Origin: Campylobacterales bacterium
Lineage (GTDB): Bacteria; Campylobacterota; Campylobacteria; Campylobacterales; JALSKU01
Assembly: GCA_027038235.1 (NCBI GenBank)
Contig: JALVXV010000116.1
Span: 1 to 46,689 of the forward strand
DNA: 46,689 nt
Reading direction: 5' to 3'
Positions 9,138-19,149 of the stretch are shown piece after piece. Position numbers and translations under genes: made by a program. Below the pieces are notes generated by a model. The model did no database searches, was not told the DNA's origin, and worked only from the letters and a program-made list of their open reading frames with translations. Each line of letters opens with the position of its first letter. The first letter of the stretch is position 1.

Positions 9138-10166
9138 TTATATCAAAAATTTTATTACATTTTTGCAGCTACCGTGTTTAAGTAATTTTCTTAAGATGAC
9201 AGAATGGTTGAAAAATTTTTCTCTATCAAGAGTATTGTACTCATTTAAAAGATTTTCTTTGGTAACTTCATGTTGAATTAATTCTTTATGTAGCGGTTTT
9301 AATCCTTCAAAATCGAGTATGATATTTGCAAGTCCTATATGATTTAACTTTACAAATCTTTTAGCAATAAAATAATCAATCTTTTTAGCCTTATAAGCAA
9401 GTACAAATGGTACTCCTATCAAAGATGCCTCAAGAGTAGCTGTACCTGAGCAAACAAATGCAAAATCACTCCTATATAGAGCTTTTTTTGCATCATAAAC
9501 GACTTCAAACTCTGCTATATCTCCATAGATCTCTTTTATATCACTTTTGCTAAAGTGTTTAGGAATCACTAGTAGCTTTTTTGCTTTTATATCTAAAGCG
9601 ACCTCTTTATAAATCTTCATCAAAGCCTTTATCTCGCTCCTTCTGCTACCGGGTAAAAATGAGACTATCTTTTCACAGCTAACTCCATCTTTAAAATCCT
9701 CTATCTCATCTAAAAGAGGGTGTCCTACATAGATAGATCTACTGTAAAACTTCTCTTCAAATGGTAAAATCGAGCATAGATTATCACAATACTTCTCAAT
9801 CTTTTTTACTCTTTTTGCTTTCCATGCCCAAACTTGAGGAAGGATATAGTAGGTTATCTCTATATTTGGATTTTTCCTCTTGATAGCTTTTGCTAAAGGA
9901 AGATTGAATGCTGGAGAGTCAATAAGTAAAACTTTTTTATACTCAAAACTAAGCTCAACCATCTGTTTTATAGCTCTTTTTGCAACTTTTATCTTAGAAA
10001 TAGCATCTACAAATCCCATGATAGAAAAGTCTGAAGAGGGATAAAGCGGTTTGCCAAATTTGGGATCAAATATACCTCCAAGCTTATACTCTTTTAACTC
10101 CGCTAAGATAGGCTCTAAATGCAAATTTGCCGAAGGTTCTAAAGATGAAACCAATAATTTTTTCAT
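9138..10166 (-). CDS. lpxB: lipid-A-disaccharide synthase
   Basis: The 342-aa protein has the GT19 LpxB-like N-terminus (SSLEPSANLHLEPIL) and overall LpxB pattern. Confidence 0.85.
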   Translation of the reverse strand: MKKLLVSSLEPSANLHLEPILAELKEYKLGGIFDPKFGKPLYPSSDFSIMGFVDAISKIKVAKRAIKQMVELSFEYKKVLLIDSPAFNLPLAKAIKRKNPNIEITYYILPQVWAWKAKRVKKIEKYCDNLCSILPFEEKFYSRSIYVGHPLLDEIEDFKDGVSCEKIVSFLPGSRRSEIKALMKIYKEVALDIKAKKLLVIPKHFSKSDIKEIYGDIAEFEVVYDAKKALYRSDFAFVCSGTATLEASLIGVPFVLAYKAKKIDYFIAKRFVKLNHIGLANIILDFEGLKPLHKELIQHEVTKENLLNEYNTLDREKFFNHSVILRKLLKHGSCKNVIKFLI

Positions 10167-10187
10167 ATATTTTTACTCTCCTATTAA

Positions 10188-10215
10188 CTAAACCTAAATC
10201 CTCAACCCTAATTTT
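10188..10215. repeat. degenerate class A heptamer array (CTAAACC TAAATCC TCAACCC TAATTTT)
   Basis: Read directly from the sequence in the divergent lpxB/surE spacer. Confidence 0.7.
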
Positions 10216-10225
10216 ATCTCTATTT

Positions 10226-10234
10226 TGCTATAAT
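10226..10234 (+). promoter_or_regulatory. candidate extended -10 element TGCTATAAT upstream of surE
   Basis: This is the same 9-mer as at 1893-1901. It ends 1 nt before the ATG at 10236. If it is functional, surE more likely starts at GTG 10257 (VRKEILITNDDG). Confidence 0.4.
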
Positions 10235-10235
10235 T

Positions 10236-11045
10236 ATGTTAAAAAAGGTAAAAAGAGTGAGAAAAGAGATACTTATTACAAATGATGATGGATTTGAGAG
10301 TGAGGGGCTTATTAGGCTTGTAGATGCTATTAGGAAATTGGAAAATGTAAATGTAACAGTAGTAGCTCCTACTACTGAAAAATCAGCTTGTGGACACTCT
10401 TTGACTTTGACAAGACCTTTAAGATTTGTAGAGATAGATGATAACTTTTTCAAGCTTGATGATGGCACCCCTAGTGATTGTATCTATCTTGCGGTCTATG
10501 CACTCTACAAAAAAAAGCCAGATCTTATCATAAGTGGTATCAACAAAGGCTCCAATATGGGAGAAGATATCACATATAGTGGCACAGCAAGTGCGGCTAT
10601 GGAGGGGGTTTTACAAGATATTCCATCTTTTGCTATCTCTCAAGTTTGTAGCAATAATTATGAGAGTTTAAAAATTCATGGGTATGATTTAGCCTGTGAA
10701 GTTGCTTGTGATATTGCACAAAAGATATTAAATCATAAGCTAGTAATGCCAAAAAGAAAATTTTTAAATATCAATATACCACCTATCAAAAAGAGAGATT
10801 CAAAAGGATATAAGATCACAGAAGCTGGATATAGAGTTTATGGAAATGATGCACACATATATAGAAATCCAAGAGGTGAGGAGTACTATTGGATAGGGAT
10901 ACACCCTCTTCAATGGAAAAAAAGAAGTCTTGATATAATGTGCGATTTAGAGGCGGTAGAGAATAATTATATCTCAATCACACCAATAGAGCTAAACTTA
11001 ACATCCTATGAAGAGATGGAACAGTTAAAGATACTAGAAAGATGA
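10236..11045 (+). CDS. surE: 5'/3'-nucleotidase SurE
   Basis: The ILITNDDGFESEG signature is present. The start is uncertain (ATG 10236 or GTG 10257). Confidence 0.9.
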   Translation: MLKKVKRVRKEILITNDDGFESEGLIRLVDAIRKLENVNVTVVAPTTEKSACGHSLTLTRPLRFVEIDDNFFKLDDGTPSDCIYLAVYALYKKKPDLIISGINKGSNMGEDITYSGTASAAMEGVLQDIPSFAISQVCSNNYESLKIHGYDLACEVACDIAQKILNHKLVMPKRKFLNINIPPIKKRDSKGYKITEAGYRVYGNDAHIYRNPRGEEYYWIGIHPLQWKKRSLDIMCDLEAVENNYISITPIELNLTSYEEMEQLKILER

Positions 11046-11680
11046 GATATCAAAGATGTAAACTTCTTTTTAAAGAGGATTTTAAAAAGATAAAAAGGGC
11101 AAAAGTTATACTTTTTGGAGTGGGAGGAGTTGGTAGCTACTGTCTTGATGCCCTATATCGAACAGGGGTAGAGGATATAACAGTAGTAGATTTTGACAAA
11201 TATGAAATAACCAATCAAAATAGACAAATTGGTTCAGAAAATTTAAATCAACTAAAAACCGAAGTATTATCAAAACTATATCCCAAAATTACACCATTGA
11301 CTAAAAAGGTTACAAAAGAGTGGGTGGAGGATTTTGATTTTGATAGCTTTGATCTTATAATTGATGCGATAGATGATATACCTGCTAAAGTAGCATTAGC
11401 TAAAAAAAATTATGACAAATTTATATCATCTTGTGGTGGAGCAAAGAGGGTAGATCCTACAAAGATAGAGATAGATTCTATTTGGAAGACAATAAATGAC
11501 CCCTTTGCTAAAAAGTTTAGATATGAGCTTAAAAAGTCAGGATTTAAGAGGGATTTTAAGGTAGTTTACTCCAAAGAGTTACCTATAAAGTGTGAGGGCT
11601 TAGGAAGTTTTGTAGGAGTAACTGGCTCTATGGGATTAGCTTTAGCTTCACTTGCTATACAAAAGATCATTGTTGGGTAG
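11042..11680 (+). CDS. ThiF/MoeB-family adenylyltransferase, TcdA-like (tRNA ct6A dehydratase candidate)
   Basis: There is a GVGGVGS nucleotide-binding loop. Length is 212 aa. The start overlaps the surE stop by 4 nt. Confidence 0.65.
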   Translation: MRYQRCKLLFKEDFKKIKRAKVILFGVGGVGSYCLDALYRTGVEDITVVDFDKYEITNQNRQIGSENLNQLKTEVLSKLYPKITPLTKKVTKEWVEDFDFDSFDLIIDAIDDIPAKVALAKKNYDKFISSCGGAKRVDPTKIEIDSIWKTINDPFAKKFRYELKKSGFKRDFKVVYSKELPIKCEGLGSFVGVTGSMGLALASLAIQKIIVG

Positions 11681-12100
11681 CTTTATCATTTTATTTATAT
11701 CTTTTCTAAATATATAGGTATATCTTCTTCCTCTATAAAACAAATCCCCCTTAAATGCTGTTTTGCCAACTTTAAAGGAGAGACTATCTCTTTTAAAAAG
11801 AAGTTCACCTAGATTTTTACCAATAGGTTTATAAAATGTACTAAGAGATAAAAATATTAAGACTATATAGATATATGCAAACAATTTTAGTCTCTTTTTG
11901 CTTGATATAAAGTATCCAAAAATGATAGATAAAACAAAGAGTGCAATATAGGGCTGATTATCCACAAATAGCGGATTGTAATATACTTTTATATTGTAAA
12001 TATCTATATAATTTATCTTAATACCTATAAAAAGTAAAAAATCCAATAGTAGTACAAAGATAAGTCCCAATAAAAAGGAGCTAATGACTTTTGATATCAT
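11648..12100 (-). CDS. hypothetical integral membrane protein
   Basis: The 150-aa protein has 3-4 hydrophobic helices. It is translationally coupled to the upstream gene by a 4-nt overlap. Confidence 0.6.
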   Translation of the reverse strand: MISKVISSFLLGLIFVLLLDFLLFIGIKINYIDIYNIKVYYNPLFVDNQPYIALFVLSIIFGYFISSKKRLKLFAYIYIVLIFLSLSTFYKPIGKNLGELLFKRDSLSFKVGKTAFKGDLFYRGRRYTYIFRKDINKMIKLPNNDLLYSK

Positions 12101-12603
12101 CTTAACCTCCTTATACTTTTTTTGCCTATCTTGATAATTGATGACGCACTATCTGCTCTAAACTCATCTGCTTCAAAGAGTATTATATCAACTCTATCTT
12201 TAATGTAACCAAAATCAAACTCACACCCTGTCTTATTGGCTGAAGTTGAATACATCCATCCAAATCGCTTTAAAAAGCTTTGATGGGGAGCATCTTGAAC
12301 TACCCTAATAGCTTTTAGATTTGGATATATAAAAGTTGTCTTTTTTTTTCTTCTTAAAAATTTTTTAAATCTTTTAGGAACTCTTGTCTCTTTTTTCAAC
12401 TCACAAAATGTAGCTATGCTCTTTAAAAAGGGCTGCTTTATATCTCTTTGCTTGATAAGAGACAATTTTTTTTTCTCTTTTGAAAGAAGACCCACAGTAG
12501 TATCAGTTTGGACAAGAAAAACGAGGTTTGTGATTCGTAATTCGTGATTCGTGATTGGTTGAAAGTCATCGATTTTTATTTCTTCAATTACCATTCTATT
12601 CAC
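12097..12603 (-). CDS. YrdC/Sua5-family protein (threonylcarbamoyl-AMP synthase-like)
   Basis: The QTDTTVGLLS signature is present. The N-terminal 25-28 codons (..PITNHELRITN) are encoded by a heptamer array. Only GTG 12603 or ATG 12594 can serve as a start. Confidence 0.7.
   Translation of the reverse strand: MNRMVIEEIKIDDFQPITNHELRITNLVFLVQTDTTVGLLSKEKKKLSLIKQRDIKQPFLKSIATFCELKKETRVPKRFKKFLRRKKKTTFIYPNLKAIRVVQDAPHQSFLKRFGWMYSTSANKTGCEFDFGYIKDRVDIILFEADEFRADSASSIIKIGKKSIRRLR
12530..12558. repeat. class C heptamer array (GTGATTC GTAATTC GTGATTC GTGATTG G) lying inside the 5' end of the YrdC-like ORF
   Basis: Read directly from the sequence. It is inverted relative to 12604-12654. Confidence 0.95.
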
Positions 12604-12654
12604 TATTCACGAATCACTAATCACTAATCACTAATCACTAATTACGAATCACTA
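12604..12654. repeat. class C heptamer array, opposite orientation, 7 units (TATTCAC GAATCAC TAATCACx3 TAATTAC GAATCAC TA)
   Basis: Read directly from the sequence. The carB stop codon (12652-12654) lies inside the last unit. Confidence 0.95.
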
Positions 12655-15600
12655 CCCAAGATACTCTTGCAATGCTTTTGGATAAAATATATCACTCTCT
12701 TGCAACTCTTTTATAGCCTCTATAGCTACTTTAGCTGCAGCAATAGTGGTAAAATATGGAATATTCAATTTGATAACCTCTCTTCTTATATCTCTTGCAT
12801 CACTTTTGCTAGATTTGTTATCACTAGTATTTATCATAAGAGCTATTTCACTATTTTTCATCTTATCTTGTATATTTGGTCTTCCCTCACTTATCTTATA
12901 TACAAACTCTGCTTTTACTCCAGCATTTTTAAGAGTCTTATGTGTTCCACCCGTTGCAACTATCTTAAATCCAAGATCCTCAAATCCTTTGCCTATCTCT
13001 GCAGCAAACTCTTTATCTATATCACTCAATGAGATGAAAACTACACCCTTAGTAGGCAAGATATTGCCACTACTAAATTGACCTTTTGCAAATGATTTAG
13101 CAAAATTTTCACTAATTCCCATAACTTCACCAGTTGATTTCATCTCAGGCCCAAGTAGCAAATCTGCTCCAGTTAGCTTATTGAAAGGAAAGACTGCCTC
13201 TTTTACACTTATATGCTTTTTTATGTGGGGTTTATAGATACCATGCTCTTTATAAACAATATTATTTTTATCATAAAATTTTAAAGCACTTACCAAATCG
13301 CCCTCAAACATAACCTTTGTAGCAACCTTTGCTAAAGGTATTCCAGTAGCTTTACTTACAAATGGTACAGTTCTGCTTGCTCTTGGATTTACCTCTATGA
13401 TATAAACCTCATTTTTATATACAGCAAACTGGATATTTAAAAGTCCGACAACTCCAAGTCCTAAAGCTATATCTTTTGTCTGTTTTTCAACCTTTAAAAG
13501 TATATCTTTGCCCAAACTAATAGGCGGTAATGAACAAGAGCTATCTCCACTATGAACTCCAGCCTCTTCGATATGTTGCATGATAGCACCAATATATACA
13601 TCTTTTTTATCACTTATTGCATCTACATCTATCTCAATAGCACGATCTAAAAACTTATCAAGTAAAACAGGTGAATCATTACTAACACTTACTGCTTCAT
13701 TCATATATGTTTTTAATTCATCTTCAGAGTAAACTATCCTCATAGCTCTTCCACCAAGTACATAGCTTGGTCTAACAAGTACAGGATAGCCTATCTCTTT
13801 AGCTTTTGATAGAGCCTCCTCTTTGGTAGTAGCTGTATCATTTTTGGGCTGCTTTAAGTTGTGCTTTTTAGCAAAATTTGAAAACTTCTCTCTATCTTCA
13901 GCTATATCTATCACTTTTGCACTTGTTCCTATGATATTTGCCCCAATAGATGTCAACTTTTTTGCAAGTTTCAAAGGTGTCTGCCCTCCAAAATGCACTA
14001 TTATGCCATCAGGGTTTTCTTTTTCAATAACTGCTCTTACTCTTTCAAAATCTATAGGCTCAAAGTAGAGTATATCACTTGTATCATAATCAGTCGAAAC
14101 TGTTTCAGGGTTGCAGTTATACATAATGGTAGTAACACCCATATCCTTTAGAGCAAATGCAGCATGAACACAACAATAATCAAACTCAATTCCTTGACCT
14201 ATTCTATTTGGGCCACCACCCAAAATCAAAACTCTCTTTCTAACATCACTGGTCGCTGGTCGCTGGTCGCTGGTCGCTATTATAGGGGTTGTTGAGTAAA
14301 GATATGGAGTTAGGGCTTTAAACTCTGCTGCACAAGTATCTACCTCATTATATATTTGTCCAATATCAAACTTTACTCTAGCATTTCTAATATCATTTTC
14401 TGTGATACCTATATTATCCCTTTTATTGATAAGTTTTGCTATCATAGCATCGCTAAAGCCATCACACTTTACTCTTCGTAAGAGTATCTTATTTTGTAAA
14501 ATATCTACATCTATCTCTTTTTCTATCCTTACAATCTCTTCTATTTGATACAAAAACCATCTATCTATCTTTGTAAGATTATATACTTCATCTATACTCA
14601 TACCCTCTCTAAAGGCTTGGGCGATATAAAGTACTCTATTTTCATTTGCTCTTCTTAACTCCTTTATTATCCTCTCTTTATCACCACTATCAATCTCTTC
14701 AAAGCCCTCAAGCCCTGTTTCTAAAGAGCATAGTGCCTTTTGGATAGACTCTTTAAAAGTTACCCCTATAGCCATAGCTTCACCAACACTCTTCATAGAA
14801 GTTCCAAGAGTTGAGTTAGCTTGTGGAAATTTCTCAAAGGTAAATCTTGGCATCTTTGTAACTATATAGTCGATAGTAGGTTCAAAACTAGCAGTTGTAC
14901 CTATGATGTCATTTTGTATCTCATCAAGAGTATATCCTACTGCTAAATAGGTTGCTACCTTTGCTATTGGATAGCCTGTTGCTTTACTAGCTAATGCTGA
15001 ACTTCTGCTTACTCTTGGGTTCATCTCTATGACAGTCATTCTACCATTTTTTGGATTGATAGCAAATTGGACATTACTACCTCCTGTATCAACCCCTATC
15101 TCTCGCAAAATTGCAAAAGAGGCATCTCTAATGGCTTGATACTCTTTATCTGTTAGAGTTAGAGCTGGTGCCACAGTGATACTATCGCCTGTATGTACAC
15201 CCATAGGATCAAAATTTTCAATAGAGCATACAATAATGCAGTTATCATTTCTATCTCTAATGACCTCCATCTCATACTCTTTCCAGCCTAAAAGTGATTC
15301 TTCAATTAAGATTTCACCAATAGGACTCTCCTCAAGAGCATGTTTTGCTAAAGATTTAAACTCATCAATATTGTATGCTACTCCACTTCCACCACCAGCA
15401 AGAGTGTATGAAGCTCTAATAATAAGAGGAAAACCTATCTCATTAGCAGCCTTTAATGCTTCATCCATATCATATGCATATCTACTTTTTGGCAAATCCA
15501 TACCAATTTTGATCATCGCCTCTTTAAAGGCTTGTCTATCCTCACCCTTTCTTATAGCCTCTGGATTTGCTCCTAAAAATTCAACACCCTCTAACATGCC

Positions 15601-15915
15601 CTTTTCATACATGCTCATTGCTACATTTAGTGCTGTTTGCCCTCCCATAGTAGGAAGTAAAGCATCTACATTTTCTATCTTTATAATATTTTGTATCACT
15701 TTTTCATTAATCGGCTCTATATAGGTTTTATCAGCAAATTCAGGATCAGTCATGATAGTAGCTGGATTTGAATTGATAAGCACAACCCTATACCCAAGCT
15801 CCTTTAAAGTCTTTGTAGCTTGAGTTCCGCTATAATCAAATTCGCATGATTGACCTATAACAATAGGACCTGAACCTATCAAAAGTATCGTTTTTATATC
15901 ATCTCTTTTTGGCAT
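12652..15915 (-). CDS. carB: carbamoyl-phosphate synthase large subunit
   Basis: The 1087-aa protein has two ATP-grasp halves ([17 protein letters not shown] and [15 protein letters not shown]) and an MGS-like C-terminal domain. Confidence 0.97.
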   Translation of the reverse strand: MPKRDDIKTILLIGSGPIVIGQSCEFDYSGTQATKTLKELGYRVVLINSNPATIMTDPEFADKTYIEPINEKVIQNIIKIENVDALLPTMGGQTALNVAMSMYEKGMLEGVEFLGANPEAIRKGEDRQAFKEAMIKIGMDLPKSRYAYDMDEALKAANEIGFPLIIRASYTLAGGGSGVAYNIDEFKSLAKHALEESPIGEILIEESLLGWKEYEMEVIRDRNDNCIIVCSIENFDPMGVHTGDSITVAPALTLTDKEYQAIRDASFAILREIGVDTGGSNVQFAINPKNGRMTVIEMNPRVSRSSALASKATGYPIAKVATYLAVGYTLDEIQNDIIGTTASFEPTIDYIVTKMPRFTFEKFPQANSTLGTSMKSVGEAMAIGVTFKESIQKALCSLETGLEGFEEIDSGDKERIIKELRRANENRVLYIAQAFREGMSIDEVYNLTKIDRWFLYQIEEIVRIEKEIDVDILQNKILLRRVKCDGFSDAMIAKLINKRDNIGITENDIRNARVKFDIGQIYNEVDTCAAEFKALTPYLYSTTPIIATSDQRPATSDVRKRVLILGGGPNRIGQGIEFDYCCVHAAFALKDMGVTTIMYNCNPETVSTDYDTSDILYFEPIDFERVRAVIEKENPDGIIVHFGGQTPLKLAKKLTSIGANIIGTSAKVIDIAEDREKFSNFAKKHNLKQPKNDTATTKEEALSKAKEIGYPVLVRPSYVLGGRAMRIVYSEDELKTYMNEAVSVSNDSPVLLDKFLDRAIEIDVDAISDKKDVYIGAIMQHIEEAGVHSGDSSCSLPPISLGKDILLKVEKQTKDIALGLGVVGLLNIQFAVYKNEVYIIEVNPRASRTVPFVSKATGIPLAKVATKVMFEGDLVSALKFYDKNNIVYKEHGIYKPHIKKHISVKEAVFPFNKLTGADLLLGPEMKSTGEVMGISENFAKSFAKGQFSSGNILPTKGVVFISLSDIDKEFAAEIGKGFEDLGFKIVATGGTHKTLKNAGVKAEFVYKISEGRPNIQDKMKNSEIALMINTSDNKSSKSDARDIRREVIKLNIPYFTTIAAAKVAIEAIKELQESDIFYPKALQEYLG
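14251..14278. repeat. intragenic GC-rich heptamer array (GGTCGCT)x4 inside carB
   Basis: Four perfect copies are present. In the carB sense they read (AGCGACC)n and encode [10 protein letters not shown], in the linker before the second ATP-grasp half. Confidence 0.95.
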
Positions 15916-15937
15916 CTTGTGTTATCCTTATTTGGAA

Positions 15938-16035
15938 AGCTTAGGGCTAAGAGTTAATGGCTTAGAGCTTATATAGCTTACACTTTTTATTGCAAGTTTT
16001 TAGCTCTTAGCTCTAAGCTCTTAGCTCTAAGCTTA
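15938..16035. repeat. class B inverted heptamer arrays (AAGCTTA GGGCTAA GAGTTAA TGGCTTA GAGCTTA ... loop ... TAGCTCT TAGCTCT AAGCTCT TAGCTCT AAGCTTA)
   Basis: Read directly from the sequence. The arrays fill the mreC-carB spacer, and the right arm ends 2 nt from the mreC stop. Confidence 0.95.
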
Positions 16036-16037
16036 TC

Positions 16038-16787
16038 TTATGGTTTGGTTACTACATGAAAATAACCCGGCACCAAAACCTTTGCATAGGGCTTTACAAC
16101 TGCACTAATATATGACTCCTCTTTTATGATATTAGTTACCCTGCCTACCTTTACACCCTCAAAAAATATATTATCAAGACCGCTAGTATATACTTCATCG
16201 CCCTTTTTTATACTCATCCAAGTAGGAATATATCTAACTATCATATCATCTTTATCCCCAAAAATAACTCCAGGGACCTTTTTATCTCCAATATAGACTG
16301 AAAATATACACTTTAAATCACCTTGCAAAAGCCCCAAAGCTTTATCATTTTTATTGATAACAATCCCAGCACTATAGCCTTGATATAAAAGACCATATAT
16401 TCTATCCTTTTTTAAGGCTTGAAAATCCAACCAAACTCTATCATAGTTAGCAAGATTCACATATGATATAGCTCTTGTTATATTAAGCTCTGGAGTATAT
16501 AAGGTACTTCTATCTTGCAAAAGACTTCTAAGTTTTCCTGCAAATGCAGAGGATAGCTCTGCAGATTTTTTTAACCTTTCAACCTCTTTTTTAAGTCTTT
16601 TTATACCTTTTTTTTGCTCTACATGCTCCTGCACAAAATCTCTTATATTTTGTACAAAATCTATATACTCTCTCTTTATCTCATAAGTTATATTTAAAAT
16701 AGGCTCTTTTATCAATTCATTATAGTTGTACTTTATAGCTAAAAGTACAACAAATAGGATTAAAAAAAAGTATCTATTTTTAATCAT
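16038..16787 (-). CDS. mreC: rod shape-determining protein MreC
   Basis: The 249-aa protein has an N-terminal transmembrane segment, a coiled coil and a beta-rich C-terminus. It overlaps the mreB stop by 8 nt. Confidence 0.85.
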   Translation of the reverse strand: MIKNRYFFLILFVVLLAIKYNYNELIKEPILNITYEIKREYIDFVQNIRDFVQEHVEQKKGIKRLKKEVERLKKSAELSSAFAGKLRSLLQDRSTLYTPELNITRAISYVNLANYDRVWLDFQALKKDRIYGLLYQGYSAGIVINKNDKALGLLQGDLKCIFSVYIGDKKVPGVIFGDKDDMIVRYIPTWMSIKKGDEVYTSGLDNIFFEGVKVGRVTNIIKEESYISAVVKPYAKVLVPGYFHVVTKP

Positions 16788-17817
16788 CTATAACTTGCTT
16801 AAGAAGATCTATCTCCTCCAATACTCTTCCTGTACCCTTTGCGACTGCTAAAAGTGGCTCCTCTGCAACATAGACAGGAAGTCTAACAATTTCACTTAGA
16901 TATTTATCAATTCCTCTTATTAGTGCCCCTCCCCCAGTAAGAACTATACCATTTTCTACAATATCACTTGCTAAATCCGGTGGAGTAGCCTCAAGTATAT
17001 CTTTTAAGGCATCGCTTATCTCTTTTAGCGGCTCTTTCATAGCCTCTCTTATATCTTCACTACTTAGATTTATTCCTACTAAAAGTCCACTTATCTGATC
17101 TCGTCCCTTTACACTTATCTCAAACTCTTCATCAAGCTTTACAGCACTTCCAACCTCTATTTTTATCATCTCTCCTGTTCTATCACCAATTAAGAGATTG
17201 TACTTTTTCTTGACAAAATCAACTATAGCCTGATCTATTTTATCTCCTGCAACCCTTATGGATTTGCATATAACTAAACCCCCCAATGAAATAACACCTA
17301 TCTCAGTTGTTCCACCCCCTATATCTACTATAAGATGGCCATGAGGCTTTTTGATATCAAGATCAGCTCCAATAGCAGCTGCCATTGGCTCCTCTATAAG
17401 ATAGACCTCTCTAGCTCCTGCACTCATAGCTGACTCTTTTACAGCCTTCCTCTCAACTTGAGTAAGTCCATAAGGAACACATATAACAATACGAGGCCTT
17501 ATAAAACTTTTTCTTCTATGGGCTTTTTCTATAAAGTATCTTATCATCTTCTCTGTCATATCAAAGTCAGCTATCACCCCATCCTTCATAGGTCTAATAG
17601 CTTGAATATTGCCCGGAGTTTTTCCTATCATCTTTTTTGCTTCATCTCCAACAGCTAAGATATTATTTCTTCCAAATTTATCATTTTGTATCGCAACAAC
17701 AGAGGGTTCATTGATAATGATACCCTTTCCCCTTAGTAGTATCAAGGTATTAGCAGTTCCTAAGTCAATACTCATATCATTTGAAAAAAGTCCAATTATT
17801 TTATCTAGTATCATCAT
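16780..17817 (-). CDS. mreB: rod shape-determining protein MreB
   Basis: Actin-like ATPase motifs DLGTANT and DIGGGTTE are present. Length is 345 aa. Confidence 0.95.
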   Translation of the reverse strand: MMILDKIIGLFSNDMSIDLGTANTLILLRGKGIIINEPSVVAIQNDKFGRNNILAVGDEAKKMIGKTPGNIQAIRPMKDGVIADFDMTEKMIRYFIEKAHRRKSFIRPRIVICVPYGLTQVERKAVKESAMSAGAREVYLIEEPMAAAIGADLDIKKPHGHLIVDIGGGTTEIGVISLGGLVICKSIRVAGDKIDQAIVDFVKKKYNLLIGDRTGEMIKIEVGSAVKLDEEFEISVKGRDQISGLLVGINLSSEDIREAMKEPLKEISDALKDILEATPPDLASDIVENGIVLTGGGALIRGIDKYLSEIVRLPVYVAEEPLLAVAKGTGRVLEEIDLLKQVIDD

Positions 17818-17823
17818 TTACCC

Positions 17824-19044
17824 TTATGCAATTTTTTTAGAGTTTTTTATATAGAGTGGTTTTGCCTTATTTGCTACCACATCTTTTGTAATAAGCACTT
17901 CATAGCCTTCAAGCTCTGGAAGTTCAAACATTATATCAACCATTATCTCTTCCATAATAGATCTTAATCCTCTTGCACCTGTTTTTCTATTGATTGCCAT
18001 CTTAGCAACCTCTCTTAAAGCTTCATCTTCAAAACTCAAAGTTACTCCATCAATTGCAAAAAGCTTTTGATACTGCTTTAAGATAGCATTTTTTGGCTTA
18101 GTTAATATCTCTACCATATCCTCTTCGGTTATTTGATTTAGTGTAGCTATAGAGTGAAGTCGTCCTATAAGCTCTGGTATAAGTCCATAATTTACCAAAT
18201 CATCAGGCTCTACTAGCTCTATTAGGTTATCCTCTTCGCTCTTTTTTCTTTTTGCTTGATTAAATCCCAAGACATTATTGCCTATCCTTCTTTTTATGAT
18301 GTCATTAAGTCCATCAAATGCACCGCCACATACAAAGAGTATATTGGAAGTATCTATCTGTGTAAAATCTTGATTTGGATGTTTTCTGCCACCCTTTGGA
18401 GGAATATTTACTAAACTCCCCTCTATAATCTTTAAAAGTGCCTGTTGCACACCCTCGCCTGAAACATCTCTTGTGATAGATCTATTTTCACTCATTCTTG
18501 CAATTTTGTCTATCTCATCAACAAAGACTATACCCTTTTCAGCCTTTTTTATATCCCCATCAGCCTCTTGAAGAAGTTTAGTTAAAATATTCTCTACATC
18601 CTCACCAACATATCCAGCTTCAGTAAGACTTGTAGCATCTGCTATGGCTATTGGAACATCTAAAAATTTTGCCATCGTTTGAGCCATTAAAGTCTTTCCG
18701 CTACCTGTTGGTCCTATAAATAAAATATTTGATTTTTGAATCTCTGTATCATCATCCTTAAAAGATGCACTTTTAAAGATTCTTTTATAGTGGTTATAGA
18801 CTCCTACAGCAAATATCTTTTTAGCTCTATGTTGACCTACGACATAATCATCTAAAACCTTTTTTAACTCTTTAGGAGTAAAGATTCTTTTTTCATCATC
18901 TGTACTACCATCAAAAAGATCATCATCTCCAAAAAGTATCTTATAAGCTGAAACCACACAGTGTTCACATATACATACCCCATTGCCCTCAATAAGCCTA
19001 TTATCATTACTCTCTTTTGAGTTACAAAAGCTACATCTTTTCAT
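17824..19044 (-). CDS. clpX: ATP-dependent Clp protease ATP-binding subunit ClpX
   Basis: There is an N-terminal zinc-binding motif (CSFCN...CICEHC) and a Walker A motif (GPTGSGKT). Confidence 0.95.
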   Translation of the reverse strand: MKRCSFCNSKESNDNRLIEGNGVCICEHCVVSAYKILFGDDDLFDGSTDDEKRIFTPKELKKVLDDYVVGQHRAKKIFAVGVYNHYKRIFKSASFKDDDTEIQKSNILFIGPTGSGKTLMAQTMAKFLDVPIAIADATSLTEAGYVGEDVENILTKLLQEADGDIKKAEKGIVFVDEIDKIARMSENRSITRDVSGEGVQQALLKIIEGSLVNIPPKGGRKHPNQDFTQIDTSNILFVCGGAFDGLNDIIKRRIGNNVLGFNQAKRKKSEEDNLIELVEPDDLVNYGLIPELIGRLHSIATLNQITEEDMVEILTKPKNAILKQYQKLFAIDGVTLSFEDEALREVAKMAINRKTGARGLRSIMEEIMVDIMFELPELEGYEVLITKDVVANKAKPLYIKNSKKIA

Positions 19045-19063
19045 ATAAAAATCCTTCGGATTT

Positions 19064-19147
19064 GGCTAAGAGCTGAGAGCTTAGGGCTAAGAGCTAGAAA
19101 AGCTCTAAATACTCGGCTCTTGGCTCTTGGCTCTTGGCTCTTGGCTA
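19064..19147. repeat. class B inverted heptamer arrays (GGCTAAGAGCTGAGAGCTTAGGGCTAAGAGCTA - AGAAA - AGCTCTAAATACTC (GGCTCTT)x4 GGCTA)
   Basis: Read directly from the sequence. The central hairpin is a perfect AGAGCT/AGCTCT. The element fills the lpxA-clpX spacer. Confidence 0.95.
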
Positions 19148-19149
19148 TA

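Noticed and set aside
12667-15724. Several plus-strand ORFs of up to 182 aa lie inside carB (12667-13032, 12746-13081, 13823-14068, 15176-15724).
   Set aside because: They are shadow ORFs antisense to a clearly conserved 1087-aa carB. Their Ser/Leu/Ile/Phe-rich composition is typical of antisense frames in AT-rich DNA.
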